32,000 nucleotides of DNA from Breznakia blatticola (GCF_004365815.1 NZ_SODD01000001.1:1-32000); one strand, 5' to 3'; counted from the first letter of the stretch, positions 23,361-32,000 are shown. Translations and numbers: made by a program. Notes: generated by a model from the sequence alone, not told the origin.

Positions 23361-25739
23361 TTATCCGATAATTTGTTGCACAATTTTAACTGTAGCCATG
23401 GCATCTACACCATAATAGTCAGCATGAATCTCATCTGCGATTTCTTGCGTTAAGACTGCCCCACCAACCATTATTGGACAAACCTCATCATATTGACGTA
23501 AGGCTTCAATGGTTTTCTTCATCGAAACAACAGTTGTTGTCATCAGTGCAGATAATCCAATTGCTTTTGGTTTATATTTCAAAAATGCATCAACCACACT
23601 TTGCACTGGAACATTTTTTCCTAAATCGATGACTTCATAGCCATACGATTCCAATACAACTTTCACAATATTCTTACCAATATCATGAATATCACCTTCC
23701 ACTGTAGCCATTATAATAGGCCCTTTTTTTGTTGCTGAGCTTCCTTGCATTCTACTTTGGAGTACTTCAAAAGCTACTTTCGTTGTTTCTGCTGATTGAA
23801 TGAGTTGTGGCAAGAAAATCTTTCCACTTTCATAATCATCACCTACTTGATTTAAAGCAGGAATAACAATATCTTGGACGATATCGAGTGGTTGTTTAGT
23901 TTCTAATTCTTGTGTAGCTAATGTATGCACTTCATCTTTTAAGCCGCGTATTATTGCATCATATAGTGACATTTGATCAAAACTTTGTGTTGTATTTGTA
24001 TGATGTTGAACTACTTTCTTTTCTACAGTCACATTTGCTTGATGTGCAATGTACTTTGTACTATCCACATCTTGATTAGTGATTACATTGAATGCGTCAA
24101 TAGTTGACATCAATTCAAAATCCAGTGGATTGATAATTGGCAAATCTAGGCCTGCTTGCATCGCCATCGTAAGGAATGTACGGTTTAGTAATGGACGATT
24201 AGGCAAACCAAAAGATACATTACTTACACCTAGTACCGTATGATGTCCAAGTTCTTTTACCATTTGTAGAGCTCGTAGTGTTTCTTGCACTTCTTTTTGT
24301 TGAGCACTTGCAGTTAAAGTTAAACAATCAATAATTACATCTTTAGGATGAATTCCATAAGCTTCTGCTTGTTTTATCATATCCTTAGCGAGTTGAACTC
24401 GTTCACTAGCTAATAGTGGAATTTGATCAGCAAGAGTTAAACCAATAACTACTCCACCATACTTCTTAGCAATCGGTAGTATATTATGCATTACTTCTGG
24501 TTTAGCATTAATCGAGTTAATTAATGGTCGTCCATTGTAATATCGACATGCTTTTTCTAGCGCTTCGGGTGAAGAACTATCCATCTGTAGTGGTAAATTG
24601 ATCACTTCTTGAATCATTTTCACCACTTTTGTCATGACTTGGCTTTCATCGATACCTGGCACACCAACATTCACATCAAGAATATCTGCACCAGCTTCTT
24701 GTTGGTGAATGGCTTCACGTAATACTTCATCATATTTTTCATCAAGTAGTGCTTGTTTTAACTTTTTCTTTCCCGTAGGGTTCAAACGTTCTCCACATAC
24801 AATTACCTGATTTTCAAAAGTAACAGTTTTACTACCACTGGATACTCTTGTTTTCTTCTTAGCAGGTGTAAAGTGCAATCCTAACTCACTTGCTTTTTTT
24901 GCTTCTTGAATAAATGCAGGTGTTGTTCCACAACAACCACCAATGATACTGACTCCCATTTCTACAAACCTATGGGCATACATTGCATATTCTTCACTTG
25001 TTAAATGATAATGTGTTTCTCCATGTTCTAAACATGGTAAACCAGCATTTGGTTGTACAATCATTGGAATTCTAGCAACAGCTAAAATTTCTTCGACAAT
25101 CGGTAATAGTTCTTTAGGACCAAGTGAGCAGTTTACACCAAGTACATCTGCACCCAAACCTTCAACGACATTCACAAATGTCAATGGGTCTGTTCCAGTT
25201 AATGAACGTCCATTTGCTTCAAAAGTCATTGATACAATAATTGGTAAATCACAGGTTTCCTTAATTGCGAGTATTGCTGCTTTGACTTCATAAATATCCG
25301 TCATTGTTTCCACAATAAATGCATCTACTTTATCTTTAGCAAACTCTACTTGCACTTTGAATTGTTCGTAGGCTTCATCAAATGATAATGTTCCCATTGG
25401 TTCTAACAATTGTCCAATCGGTCCCATATCATAGGCGATATATACTTCACGATCTACACCTATCTTTGCTTGATTTGCATTATCAATTGCATGTGTAATC
25501 AAATCTTCTAATTCATACAAGCTGTCTGCCATCTTATAAGGCGAACAACCAAATGTATTTGTACTAATAAAATCAGCACCTGCATCTAGGTATGACTTGT
25601 GAATACGAATCATATCCTCTTTACGGGTGATATTATATTCTTCAGGAATGTCTCCAGCTTTTAAGCCAATGTTTTGTAGTTGGGTACCCATCGCCCCATC
25701 AAAAACGAGAACTCGTTTCTTTAACTGTTCTAGTAACAT
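23361..25739 (-). CDS. metH: Cobalamin-dependent methionine synthase MetH, core only (Hcy-binding, pterin-binding, B12 cap and B12-binding domains; no activation domain)
   Basis: The Hcy methyltransferase domain is marked by VFDGAMGTQL and GGCCGTTP. The pterin-binding region includes INSI. The B12-binding motif is VEGDIHDIGKNIV (DxHxxG). At 792 aa it is about 440 aa shorter than full-length MetH. The ATG at 25739 is preceded by AAGGGGGAG. Confidence 0.9.
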   Translation of the reverse strand: MLLEQLKKRVLVFDGAMGTQLQNIGLKAGDIPEEYNITRKEDMIRIHKSYLDAGADFISTNTFGCSPYKMADSLYELEDLITHAIDNANQAKIGVDREVYIAYDMGPIGQLLEPMGTLSFDEAYEQFKVQVEFAKDKVDAFIVETMTDIYEVKAAILAIKETCDLPIIVSMTFEANGRSLTGTDPLTFVNVVEGLGADVLGVNCSLGPKELLPIVEEILAVARIPMIVQPNAGLPCLEHGETHYHLTSEEYAMYAHRFVEMGVSIIGGCCGTTPAFIQEAKKASELGLHFTPAKKKTRVSSGSKTVTFENQVIVCGERLNPTGKKKLKQALLDEKYDEVLREAIHQQEAGADILDVNVGVPGIDESQVMTKVVKMIQEVINLPLQMDSSSPEALEKACRYYNGRPLINSINAKPEVMHNILPIAKKYGGVVIGLTLADQIPLLASERVQLAKDMIKQAEAYGIHPKDVIIDCLTLTASAQQKEVQETLRALQMVKELGHHTVLGVSNVSFGLPNRPLLNRTFLTMAMQAGLDLPIINPLDFELMSTIDAFNVITNQDVDSTKYIAHQANVTVEKKVVQHHTNTTQSFDQMSLYDAIIRGLKDEVHTLATQELETKQPLDIVQDIVIPALNQVGDDYESGKIFLPQLIQSAETTKVAFEVLQSRMQGSSATKKGPIIMATVEGDIHDIGKNIVKVVLESYGYEVIDLGKNVPVQSVVDAFLKYKPKAIGLSALMTTTVVSMKKTIEALRQYDEVCPIMVGGAVLTQEIADEIHADYYGVDAMATVKIVQQIIG

Positions 25740-26353
25740 GTGCTCCCCCTTTTTAAATACTCGCAGTGTTCTTTTTGTGTACAACTTTTGCACGACTTCT
25801 TTTGTTTATCCATATGTAAACCCACAAATCCAGTCATGCTTTTCATTGGCACAAATAAACTGGATGCATCTAATGAAACCCCAATCTTTTTATGCAAATT
25901 CATGAGCTTGCATAACTGTTGATTTAATTCTAATGGTATATCACCATATCCAGGTGCATAGCGAAAACTATGATTTTTACCAAACACTTCATCTTCATAT
26001 GCATCGCAACAAGCTTCCACATAAGCGGAAGCAACTGCATCAAAGACTACAGCTTTTTGCATATCAAGAGAGTGATAATATCGAGTTCTACTATCGATTT
26101 CACTTCCTAAAGTACAAGCGATAATTGCAATTTCTTTACATGAACCTAATGCTTCAATTAAATCATTTGAATCTACGCGTAAATCAAAAGCAGTTAAAAT
26201 AAAAGGTGCTTGTAACTTACTAATCACATACGTTGCTTTAAAATGTGAAAGTTCTTTAACTTCTTTCTCGCATGTATCTAATAGTTCAAGAAATGAATCA
26301 CTCAATTCCTGATTACTATATCCTAAGTATTTTAATGCAGTTTGTTTAATCAT
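25730..26353 (-). CDS. Stand-alone methionine synthase activation (reactivation, AdoMet-binding) domain protein with a Cys-rich tail
   Basis: The 207-aa protein carries ...FRYAPGYGDIPL...SMTGFVGL..., which resembles the MetH C-terminal activation domain. The C-terminus is CKSCTQKEHCEYLKRGSTCY (C-x2-C-x5-C-x8-C). The gene overlaps metF (8 nt) and metH (10 nt). Confidence 0.7.
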   Translation of the reverse strand: MIKQTALKYLGYSNQELSDSFLELLDTCEKEVKELSHFKATYVISKLQAPFILTAFDLRVDSNDLIEALGSCKEIAIIACTLGSEIDSRTRYYHSLDMQKAVVFDAVASAYVEACCDAYEDEVFGKNHSFRYAPGYGDIPLELNQQLCKLMNLHKKIGVSLDASSLFVPMKSMTGFVGLHMDKQKKSCKSCTQKEHCEYLKRGSTCY

Positions 26354-27236
26354 AATGATAAAAATCTTTCAGGATATTTGGAATTTGCGCAAAGATACTT
26401 TTGGCAATTTCTGGTCGATTCATTGTATAAATATGAAGTCCATCTACACCATTCGCAATTAAGTCGATTATTTGATTTACAGCAAAACTAATCCCCACTT
26501 CTTGCATTGCATCATCGTTGTAATAGTATTTTTCAATTCGTGTAGATAATTCAAAAGGTACAGTACATCCACACATTCTTGTTGTTCGCAAAAGCTGTTT
26601 TGCATTTAATGCTGGCATAATTCCTGCTAGAATTGGCACATCAATACCAATTTTACGTGCTTCACGTACTAAACGATAGTAATAGTTATTGTCATAAAAA
26701 ATCTGTGTAATTACAAACTTTGCACCTGCATCTACTTTTGCCTTCAATGCTTTTAAATCATTTTCAAAACAATCAGCTTCTTGATGCACTTCAGGATAAC
26801 AAGCACCAGCCAAACAAAAATCATTTGGAAATGTTTCTTGAATGTGTTTAATCAAATCTGTAGCATATGAAAACTGTTTTGGACATACAACACGATCATC
26901 TAAAGGCATATCTCCACGTAATGCCAATATATTATCTACATTACTTTCTTTAAGTTTCATACAAAAATCATTTACATCTTCTTTTGTTGAAACGATACTT
27001 GTAAGATGTGCCATCGGTTCAATTCCATATGTATTTTTAATCACATCTGCAATTTCTAAAGTTTTACCAATAGTAGATCCACCTGAACCATAGGTTACAG
27101 AAATAAAATCTGGATCCAAATCTTTCAGTGCTTCAACCGTTTGATAAATACTTGAAATATCTCCACTTTTATTCTTTGGTGGAAAGATTTCAAATGATAA
27201 TGTTTTCTTCTTTTTTAATATTTGATCGATATGCAT
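26346..27236 (-). CDS. metF: 5,10-methylenetetrahydrofolate reductase
   Basis: MHIDQILKKKKTLSFEIFPPKN..., FISVTYGSGGST, MAHLT and LALRGD are MetF signatures. I moved the start to the ATG at 27236, which is preceded by TAGGGGGACACATT. The longer ORF upstream would run through a terminator and a promoter. Confidence 0.9.
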   Translation of the reverse strand: MHIDQILKKKKTLSFEIFPPKNKSGDISSIYQTVEALKDLDPDFISVTYGSGGSTIGKTLEIADVIKNTYGIEPMAHLTSIVSTKEDVNDFCMKLKESNVDNILALRGDMPLDDRVVCPKQFSYATDLIKHIQETFPNDFCLAGACYPEVHQEADCFENDLKALKAKVDAGAKFVITQIFYDNNYYYRLVREARKIGIDVPILAGIMPALNAKQLLRTTRMCGCTVPFELSTRIEKYYYNDDAMQEVGISFAVNQIIDLIANGVDGLHIYTMNRPEIAKSIFAQIPNILKDFYHYD

Positions 27237-27296
27237 AATGTGTCCCCCTATTACAATTTTGTTTATTATAGCATAAACACTTCTAAATATATTTAT

Positions 27297-27335
27297 AAAA
27301 ACAAAGAAAAACACCAGACCAAAATCTGATGTTTT
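27297..27335 (-). terminator. Rho-independent terminator of the phosphoesterase gene
   Basis: The minus strand AAAACATCAGA / TCTGGTGTTTT forms an 11-bp stem (one G-U pair) with a 6-nt loop, followed by TCTTTGTTTTT. Confidence 0.6.
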
Positions 27336-27390
27336 CTTCAATTCATCCATACATATATAGCTGTTGTACATATCGGACTACTTCTTATTG

Positions 27391-29622
27391 TTATTGCTTA
27401 CTACCTTTTTTGATAAAATATGTGCTAAGCATAATTCCACTTACTAACATAAGTAATACAAGTACATATGTTTGTGTATGATCCATCGTATCTACAGCAG
27501 CATGAACCGTACTACTATTTTCTGGTTTTGTTTTTGTATCTTCTGTTGGTTTTTCTGGTGTTTCTGGTTGTTTGATTTCTTCATCTATTTTCTTTGTCTT
27601 TTTAATTGTATAACTATCGAACACATCTAGTGAATCTGTACGGTATGATTCCATAGTAAAGGTATCTTCCGTAAATGAAAGATGCATAAATACTGGAACT
27701 TTATATTGTGCTGAAAATGCAAGATATTCATATCCACCAGCAACTAAATCATAGTACTTTGATCCAGTTGATGAACTTGTTGTTAGATAGAGTGTTCCTT
27801 CTGGGTCTTGCACTTGTGTTTGTCCAACATACTCTTCCATAACTTCGAATTCTTTCATGAATTCACTTCTTGCATAACAGTGATCATGCCCCATTAAAAC
27901 AACATCAATTTCGTGTCGATCAAAAGCAGGTACAAGTGTTTCTCTGCGCAGTGGTACATCTTTATTTGTCGATTGTTTTCCAGCTGCATAGATGGAATTA
28001 TGGAACATGACAACTTTCCAATCAAATGTTTCATCCTTAGTTTCTTCCATTACCGCATCCATGAAAGCAACGTGTTCTAAATCATTTGCTGAACTTGTAT
28101 TCAGAACCATATACAGTACATTTCCATATACGAAATAGTAATCACTATTCGCTACTGTTTTTCCATAAGACGAAGCATTTGGTTCATTGAAATGTGAACC
28201 ATAATTAGATGCAAGATCATGATTTCCTACAGCAGTTGCTGTTGGTAGTGTTTGCAGGATTTCTGTTGAAAAATATCCATCATACTCCCCTTCTTTTGTT
28301 GCTACATCAACAAAATCTCCTGTATTAATAATGAAACTAAGATTTGGAAATAATGAGGTAGCTTTAGTTAATGTATCATTCCAAGCATGTTTATCAGTCA
28401 ATACTGTACCTGTTCCGATTTGAGGATCTGATACAAATAAAACCTCATATCCACTTTGTATATCTTTTGTTTGCAGCTTATACACTTTTGAAAAGCCTTC
28501 ATCATTTCCTACACGATAGACGTAATTCTTTTCAGGTTCAATTGTTGTATAGACTGCTTTATTTGAGTAATAATGTTGATTTGTAAATTTGGTATACGCT
28601 AATGTTGGACTACTAGCCGCAATAGATGTCGCACGCTCTAATGGGAATGTAGCATTTGGATCATCACCTTCAGCGATTTGTAAATATCCCTGTTCATTTG
28701 AACGTGAATACCATGCAACATTTAGTTCATTCTCAGATGCACCTGTGTTTAATGCAACACTTTTTATCGCATCGCTTTCTGGCAAGATATCTGTTGCTGG
28801 ATTTAGACGAAATGACAACAACTCAAAATATGCATCTGTATCATTTTCATCACTTGTATGTAGTTCAACCGCTATGGTTATATCGCGGTAACGATTCCCA
28901 TCAGCATCCACATGATATACCGTGTTTTCTTCATCTACGACTTTTTGGTTTTCTCGTTCGGTACCATCTACATATTGATACTCACCTGCAATTCCACCAT
29001 TTTTAAAGCTTGTTGTATCTTCAATTAGAAATGCTTCTTCCTTATAGCCATCAACAACTTTATCCTGACAACCATATGAAAGATTTGTTTTATAGTTTGA
29101 AGTAGGTATATTAAACCATGAGTCTACTGGTTTTCCATTAATGTACATAATCATCGCATCATTGTAGCGCACTGTACCACTAATAGCGTACACCTCATTT
29201 GCTAAATCTTCACGAATACGAAATGTATGACGGAAGAAATATGTCGAACCAACAAGTTCACCTTCTCTTTTTTCTAGAATTTGTCCGTTAGTAGAAGCAT
29301 CCGTCGAAAAAAGCGATCCTTGAAAGTCTTTCCATCCATCTTCTTCAAATTGTAAATAGACTTCTCCATCCCAATCATGCCATGTTGTAGGATAACTCCA
29401 TCCATTTCTTTTATTCCAACTTTCAAACCATGTCCCGGTATTTGGATCACTAAAATCATCCAAGTATTTCCATTGCATATCATTCGTTACTAACTCTAAA
29501 TTATCAACTGACGTAATTGTTGATTCTGCTGCACTCACTTTTGATTGTTCTGCATTTAAAACAAGTGAGCCGCTAGCTAATAATACAAAAGCGATAATAC
29601 TAATCCCTATTTTCTTAAACAT
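27391..29622 (-). CDS. Exported, C-terminally membrane-anchored metallophosphoesterase (purple-acid-phosphatase-like) with a ~300-aa N-terminal accessory domain
   Basis: The signal peptide is MFKKIGISIIAFVLLASGSLVLNAEQSKVSA. The metallophosphatase motifs are VSDPQ, TGDFVD, GNHD, VMFHNS and MGHDHCY. The C-terminal hydrophobic segment YVLVLLMLVSGIMLSTYFI is followed by KKGSKQ. The ATG at 29622 is preceded by AAGGAGAA. Confidence 0.8.
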   Translation of the reverse strand: MFKKIGISIIAFVLLASGSLVLNAEQSKVSAAESTITSVDNLELVTNDMQWKYLDDFSDPNTGTWFESWNKRNGWSYPTTWHDWDGEVYLQFEEDGWKDFQGSLFSTDASTNGQILEKREGELVGSTYFFRHTFRIREDLANEVYAISGTVRYNDAMIMYINGKPVDSWFNIPTSNYKTNLSYGCQDKVVDGYKEEAFLIEDTTSFKNGGIAGEYQYVDGTERENQKVVDEENTVYHVDADGNRYRDITIAVELHTSDENDTDAYFELLSFRLNPATDILPESDAIKSVALNTGASENELNVAWYSRSNEQGYLQIAEGDDPNATFPLERATSIAASSPTLAYTKFTNQHYYSNKAVYTTIEPEKNYVYRVGNDEGFSKVYKLQTKDIQSGYEVLFVSDPQIGTGTVLTDKHAWNDTLTKATSLFPNLSFIINTGDFVDVATKEGEYDGYFSTEILQTLPTATAVGNHDLASNYGSHFNEPNASSYGKTVANSDYYFVYGNVLYMVLNTSSANDLEHVAFMDAVMEETKDETFDWKVVMFHNSIYAAGKQSTNKDVPLRRETLVPAFDRHEIDVVLMGHDHCYARSEFMKEFEVMEEYVGQTQVQDPEGTLYLTTSSSTGSKYYDLVAGGYEYLAFSAQYKVPVFMHLSFTEDTFTMESYRTDSLDVFDSYTIKKTKKIDEEIKQPETPEKPTEDTKTKPENSSTVHAAVDTMDHTQTYVLVLLMLVSGIMLSTYFIKKGSKQ

Positions 29623-29692
29623 TTGTTTCTCCTTTATTTTTATGAATCTCCCCGAATTTTCTTCCCCTAAAGAGTTCACCCAAAAGAAGTTT

Positions 29693-30304
29693 TTATGTAG
29701 TAATCGTTTTTTGATCTTTTTTCGTGATTGTTTGTAGTGTGAATTGTAGTACTGGACCAATGCATATAATTCCACAAATAGGACCTAAGCCAACCGTTCC
29801 ACCAAGCAGAAAACCAATCACACATAAGATTACATCACATCCACTTTTACTTAACCAAATTGGAATTCCTAGTTTATTGGATAGTCCACCAATGATTGCA
29901 TCATAACTCGACCGTCCCATATTGGCACTCACATAAACACCTAAGCCAATCCCAATACAAACAATACCGAGTCCCATTGCTACAAGATGTGGCAAGGCAT
30001 ATAACGTTTGCCAACCATATAGAATGGTTGCATCTAGTGTTATTGAAGCAATCACAGGTGATGCAATGGTTCCGATCCCTAATTGATCACGATAGAAAAC
30101 AAATGCGAGTGGTATCCAAATAAAGTAGAATAAAACTGTCGCATTTCCAATACTCGTACCAATTAAGATACTTACACCTTCTGAGAACACAGAAATTGCA
30201 TCTCCGCCTTGGGTAGAACATATCGCAAGTGCAATTCCAAAACCTAAGATAATTGAACCTACAATCATACGTATAATACGTCTACCTACATATTCATCAT
30301 TCAT
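29693..30304 (-). CDS. YczE/YitT-like integral membrane protein (203 aa)
   Basis: The protein has about 5-6 TM segments and Gly-rich motifs (GFGIALAICSTQGGDAISV...). It resembles the YczE family. Function unknown. Confidence 0.55.
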   Translation of the reverse strand: MNDEYVGRRIIRMIVGSIILGFGIALAICSTQGGDAISVFSEGVSILIGTSIGNATVLFYFIWIPLAFVFYRDQLGIGTIASPVIASITLDATILYGWQTLYALPHLVAMGLGIVCIGIGLGVYVSANMGRSSYDAIIGGLSNKLGIPIWLSKSGCDVILCVIGFLLGGTVGLGPICGIICIGPVLQFTLQTITKKDQKTITT

Positions 30305-30417
30305 GATTTACACCTTCAGTTTTCTGTAAGTGCTTTATATTTTTATATTTCATATTTCCTCCAATGAATTAGGTCACGACATAACTAATTCTTTTATTGT
30401 TTTGATGTCGCAGTTTT

Positions 30418-30450
30418 AAAAAAAGCCAGCTAGAAAACCTAGCTAGCTTT
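30418..30450 (-). terminator. Rho-independent terminator of the histidine phosphatase gene
   Basis: The minus strand AAAGCTAGCTAG / CTAGCTGGCTTT forms a 12-bp stem (one G-U pair) with a 5-nt loop, running into TTTTTTT. Confidence 0.7.
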
Positions 30451-30520
30451 TCTAAGTTACCTTTTGGTATACTTATGAAATTTCAAACTATATCGGTCTT
30501 GTTTGAATCTTTTATTCATT

Positions 30521-31303
30521 TTATTCTACGTACGTTGTGTCACCGATAACATCAACTGTGTACTTTCCATCTTTGTATTTCAGTACAGTAACACTGCAGT
30601 TTGCAATTTTTTCACCATTATACTCACCTGGTGCGATCGCTTCTAAAATTAGTGGAATAATTCCTCCTGATGAGACAATCAGTACATTACTTCCATCATC
30701 TCCAACCGACTCCATCATTAATTCCATTGCTTTTGCTCCACGTTCTTTAACTTGTTGTGCAGTTTCTGCAGTTTGTGAAGGGTCAACCTCTGCAATCTTA
30801 CTTGCTAGTTCTTCTGCAGTCATCGTTTCTTGAATAAAATCCCAAAGTGCATCACTTTCCGTAGGGTATTCTACGCCAAGCGTTTCTACTACTGCTAGAT
30901 TCATTGTGTCATTTGATCCACCTTCAAAGCTACCATAATTCTTCTCTCTAAATTCTAAAAGTTCAGTAATCGATGGAATCTCGTTTTTATTCTCAGACAA
31001 AATATACTGTGCAGTACTTCTTTGTCTACCTAAATCACTTGAGAAGGCATGACTAAATGCAACATCTTTTAATCCAACACCTACTTTTTTAGCTTGTTCT
31101 ACTCCAACATCAGTAAGCGGAGAATCACTCCATCCTTGTACTTGATTGTTTGTATTAAACCAAGTTTTTCCATGTCGAACTAAATAAATTGTAATTTCTT
31201 TTGATTCTTTCTTTTCTGCTTCTTCTTTATTTGCGCTTGTATTACATGCAGCCATTCCTACAAGTAATACAAGACTTAGTATCACTTTACATATTTTTTT
31301 CAT
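30521..31303 (-). CDS. Lipoprotein histidine phosphatase (phosphoglycerate-mutase superfamily)
   Basis: MKKICKVILSLVLLVGMAACNTS has a lipobox (G-M-A-A-C). IYLVRHGKTWFN is the RHG catalytic motif. RBS GAGGGAA. Confidence 0.85.
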   Translation of the reverse strand: MKKICKVILSLVLLVGMAACNTSANKEEAEKKESKEITIYLVRHGKTWFNTNNQVQGWSDSPLTDVGVEQAKKVGVGLKDVAFSHAFSSDLGRQRSTAQYILSENKNEIPSITELLEFREKNYGSFEGGSNDTMNLAVVETLGVEYPTESDALWDFIQETMTAEELASKIAEVDPSQTAETAQQVKERGAKAMELMMESVGDDGSNVLIVSSGGIIPLILEAIAPGEYNGEKIANCSVTVLKYKDGKYTVDVIGDTTYVE

Positions 31304-31354
31304 ATTCCCTCATGTATTAGATCAAATCTAATTTTTTATTATTTACGATCTGTT

Positions 31355-32000
31355 TTAATCTAAATCTGTTCCATCTGAAGCAATGACTTTTTTATACCAA
31401 TAGAATGAATCTTTACGAATTCGTTTACATTCTTTTGGATCTTCATCTGTACGATCTACATAAATCAAACCATAGCGTTTTTTATATCCGTTACTTGTTG
31501 ATAATAGATCTAATGCTGACCATGGCATGTATCCAAGCACTTCTACACCTTTATCCATTGCACGTTTTGTTGCTTGAATATGTGCTCTTAAGTAGTCAAT
31601 ACGGTAATCATCATGAATCTTTCCATCTTCAGTTAAATCATCATATGCTCCAAGTCCATTTTCGGTAATCATAAATGGTACTTTGTATCTTGTGTATAAA
31701 TCACGGTATACATATTCAAGTCCAATTGGATCAATCGCCCAATCCCATGCAGTTGTATCTAATTCTGGGTTTGGACACATTTGGTAGAACCCTGGATGTG
31801 TTTCAAATCCTGACATATCCCCTTTTTTCCCTGTTAGGTTATATCCAGACCATGAACGTTCTGCACCTTCTGGACATGCATGTGCACATTGTGAATCATA
31901 GTAGTTAATGGCAAAGAAATCCGAGATGTTTGCTCTAAACAATTCTTCATCTCCTTCTTCAATAACAGGAGCCAGTCCATTTTCTTGAAGATATGTTAGC
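31355..32000 (-). CDS. GH1 6-phospho-beta-glucosidase, 3' part (the 5' end lies beyond the window)
   Basis: ...FFAINYY..., FMITENGLGAYD (nucleophile Glu motif) and YMPWSALDLLS...YGLIYVD are present. The reading frame stays open to position 32000 (..LTYLQENGLAPVIEEGDEELFRANIS..), so the TTG at 31942 is internal and not a start. Confidence 0.9.
   Translation of the reverse strand, partial: LTYLQENGLAPVIEEGDEELFRANISDFFAINYYDSQCAHACPEGAERSWSGYNLTGKKGDMSGFETHPGFYQMCPNPELDTTAWDWAIDPIGLEYVYRDLYTRYKVPFMITENGLGAYDDLTEDGKIHDDYRIDYLRAHIQATKRAMDKGVEVLGYMPWSALDLLSTSNGYKKRYGLIYVDRTDEDPKECKRIRKDSFYWYKKVIASDGTDLD

Noticed and set aside
27237-27296. I looked for a SAM riboswitch or T-box upstream of metF-metH.
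   Set aside because: Only about 60 nt separate the upstream terminator from the metF start codon, and they contain a promoter. There is no space or motif for a riboswitch.
27237-27371. An N-terminal extension of metF (the ORF track gives 341 aa starting at 27371).
   Set aside because: The extension would be translated through a rho-independent terminator (27297-27335) and a TGCTATAAT promoter. The conserved MetF sequence begins at the ATG at 27236, which has a strong RBS (TAGGGGGA).
27391-27520. A possible sortase (LPXTG-type) cell-wall sorting signal at the C-terminus of the phosphoesterase.
   Set aside because: A hydrophobic segment and a basic tail are present, but no LPXTG, NPQTN, LAXTG or (S/P)PXTG-like motif precedes them. 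I call it only a C-terminal membrane anchor.
29623-29775. An N-terminal extension of the phosphoesterase (the ORF track gives 794 aa starting at 29775).
   Set aside because: The extension overlaps the 3' end of the YczE-like gene and lacks an RBS. The ATG at 29622 has AAGGAGAA and starts a textbook signal peptide.
31316-31337. A hairpin ATTAGAT-caa-ATCTAAT followed by TTTTTT between the GH1 gene and the histidine phosphatase gene.
   Set aside because: The U-run is on the plus strand, where no gene is transcribed into it. For the minus-strand GH1 gene the run is on the wrong side, so I do not call it a terminator.
1-32000. I scanned for CRISPR arrays, tandem repeats, tRNA or rRNA genes, and transposase, integrase or phage genes.
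   Set aside because: I saw no regularly spaced direct repeats, no cloverleaf-like or rRNA-like sequence, and no ORF with recombinase or transposase hallmarks. The only accessory-looking block is the LXG cassette.

Overview
This is an A/T-rich, Bacillota-style chromosomal segment. It has GGAGG-type ribosome-binding sites, many TGnTATAAT extended -10 promoters and rho-independent hairpin terminators. The taxon cannot be fixed from the window alone. I support 33 protein-coding genes, all but two on the minus strand, and I see no rRNA, tRNA, CRISPR array, transposase or integrase. Left to right the window contains: a MATE transporter ORF that stops after its N-terminal half; an unknown 180-aa protein translationally coupled to a Cof-type HAD phosphatase; pyroglutamyl peptidase; and a GntR/HutC-controlled ascorbate-family PTS cassette (IIA, SIS/UPF0309, IIB, IIC) with two palindromic operators. 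Next come a lipoprotein, the oxidative TCA branch (citrate synthase and isocitrate dehydrogenase, divergent from aconitase), a small GNAT, a cold-shock protein and a ceramidase-like protein. metY-metA follow behind a methionine T-box leader. The standout is a compact four-gene LXG (type VII secretion) toxin cassette at 16964-19776: two small helper proteins, a 577-aa LXG effector with an unrecognisable ~380-residue C-terminal region, and a lipoprotein in the immunity position. After it come a cytoplasmic alpha-amylase, a YjbR-fusion protein, and a cobalamin-riboswitch-controlled pair (DUF4430-like exported protein plus a small S-component-like membrane protein). Directly upstream of that riboswitch sits metF, a separate MetH-activation-domain gene and metH. 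The window ends with a large exported purple-acid-phosphatase-like metallophosphoesterase, a YczE-like membrane protein, a lipoprotein histidine phosphatase and the 3' part of a GH1 6-phospho-beta-glucosidase. All family assignments come from reading the translated ORFs and motifs by eye; no database search was possible.
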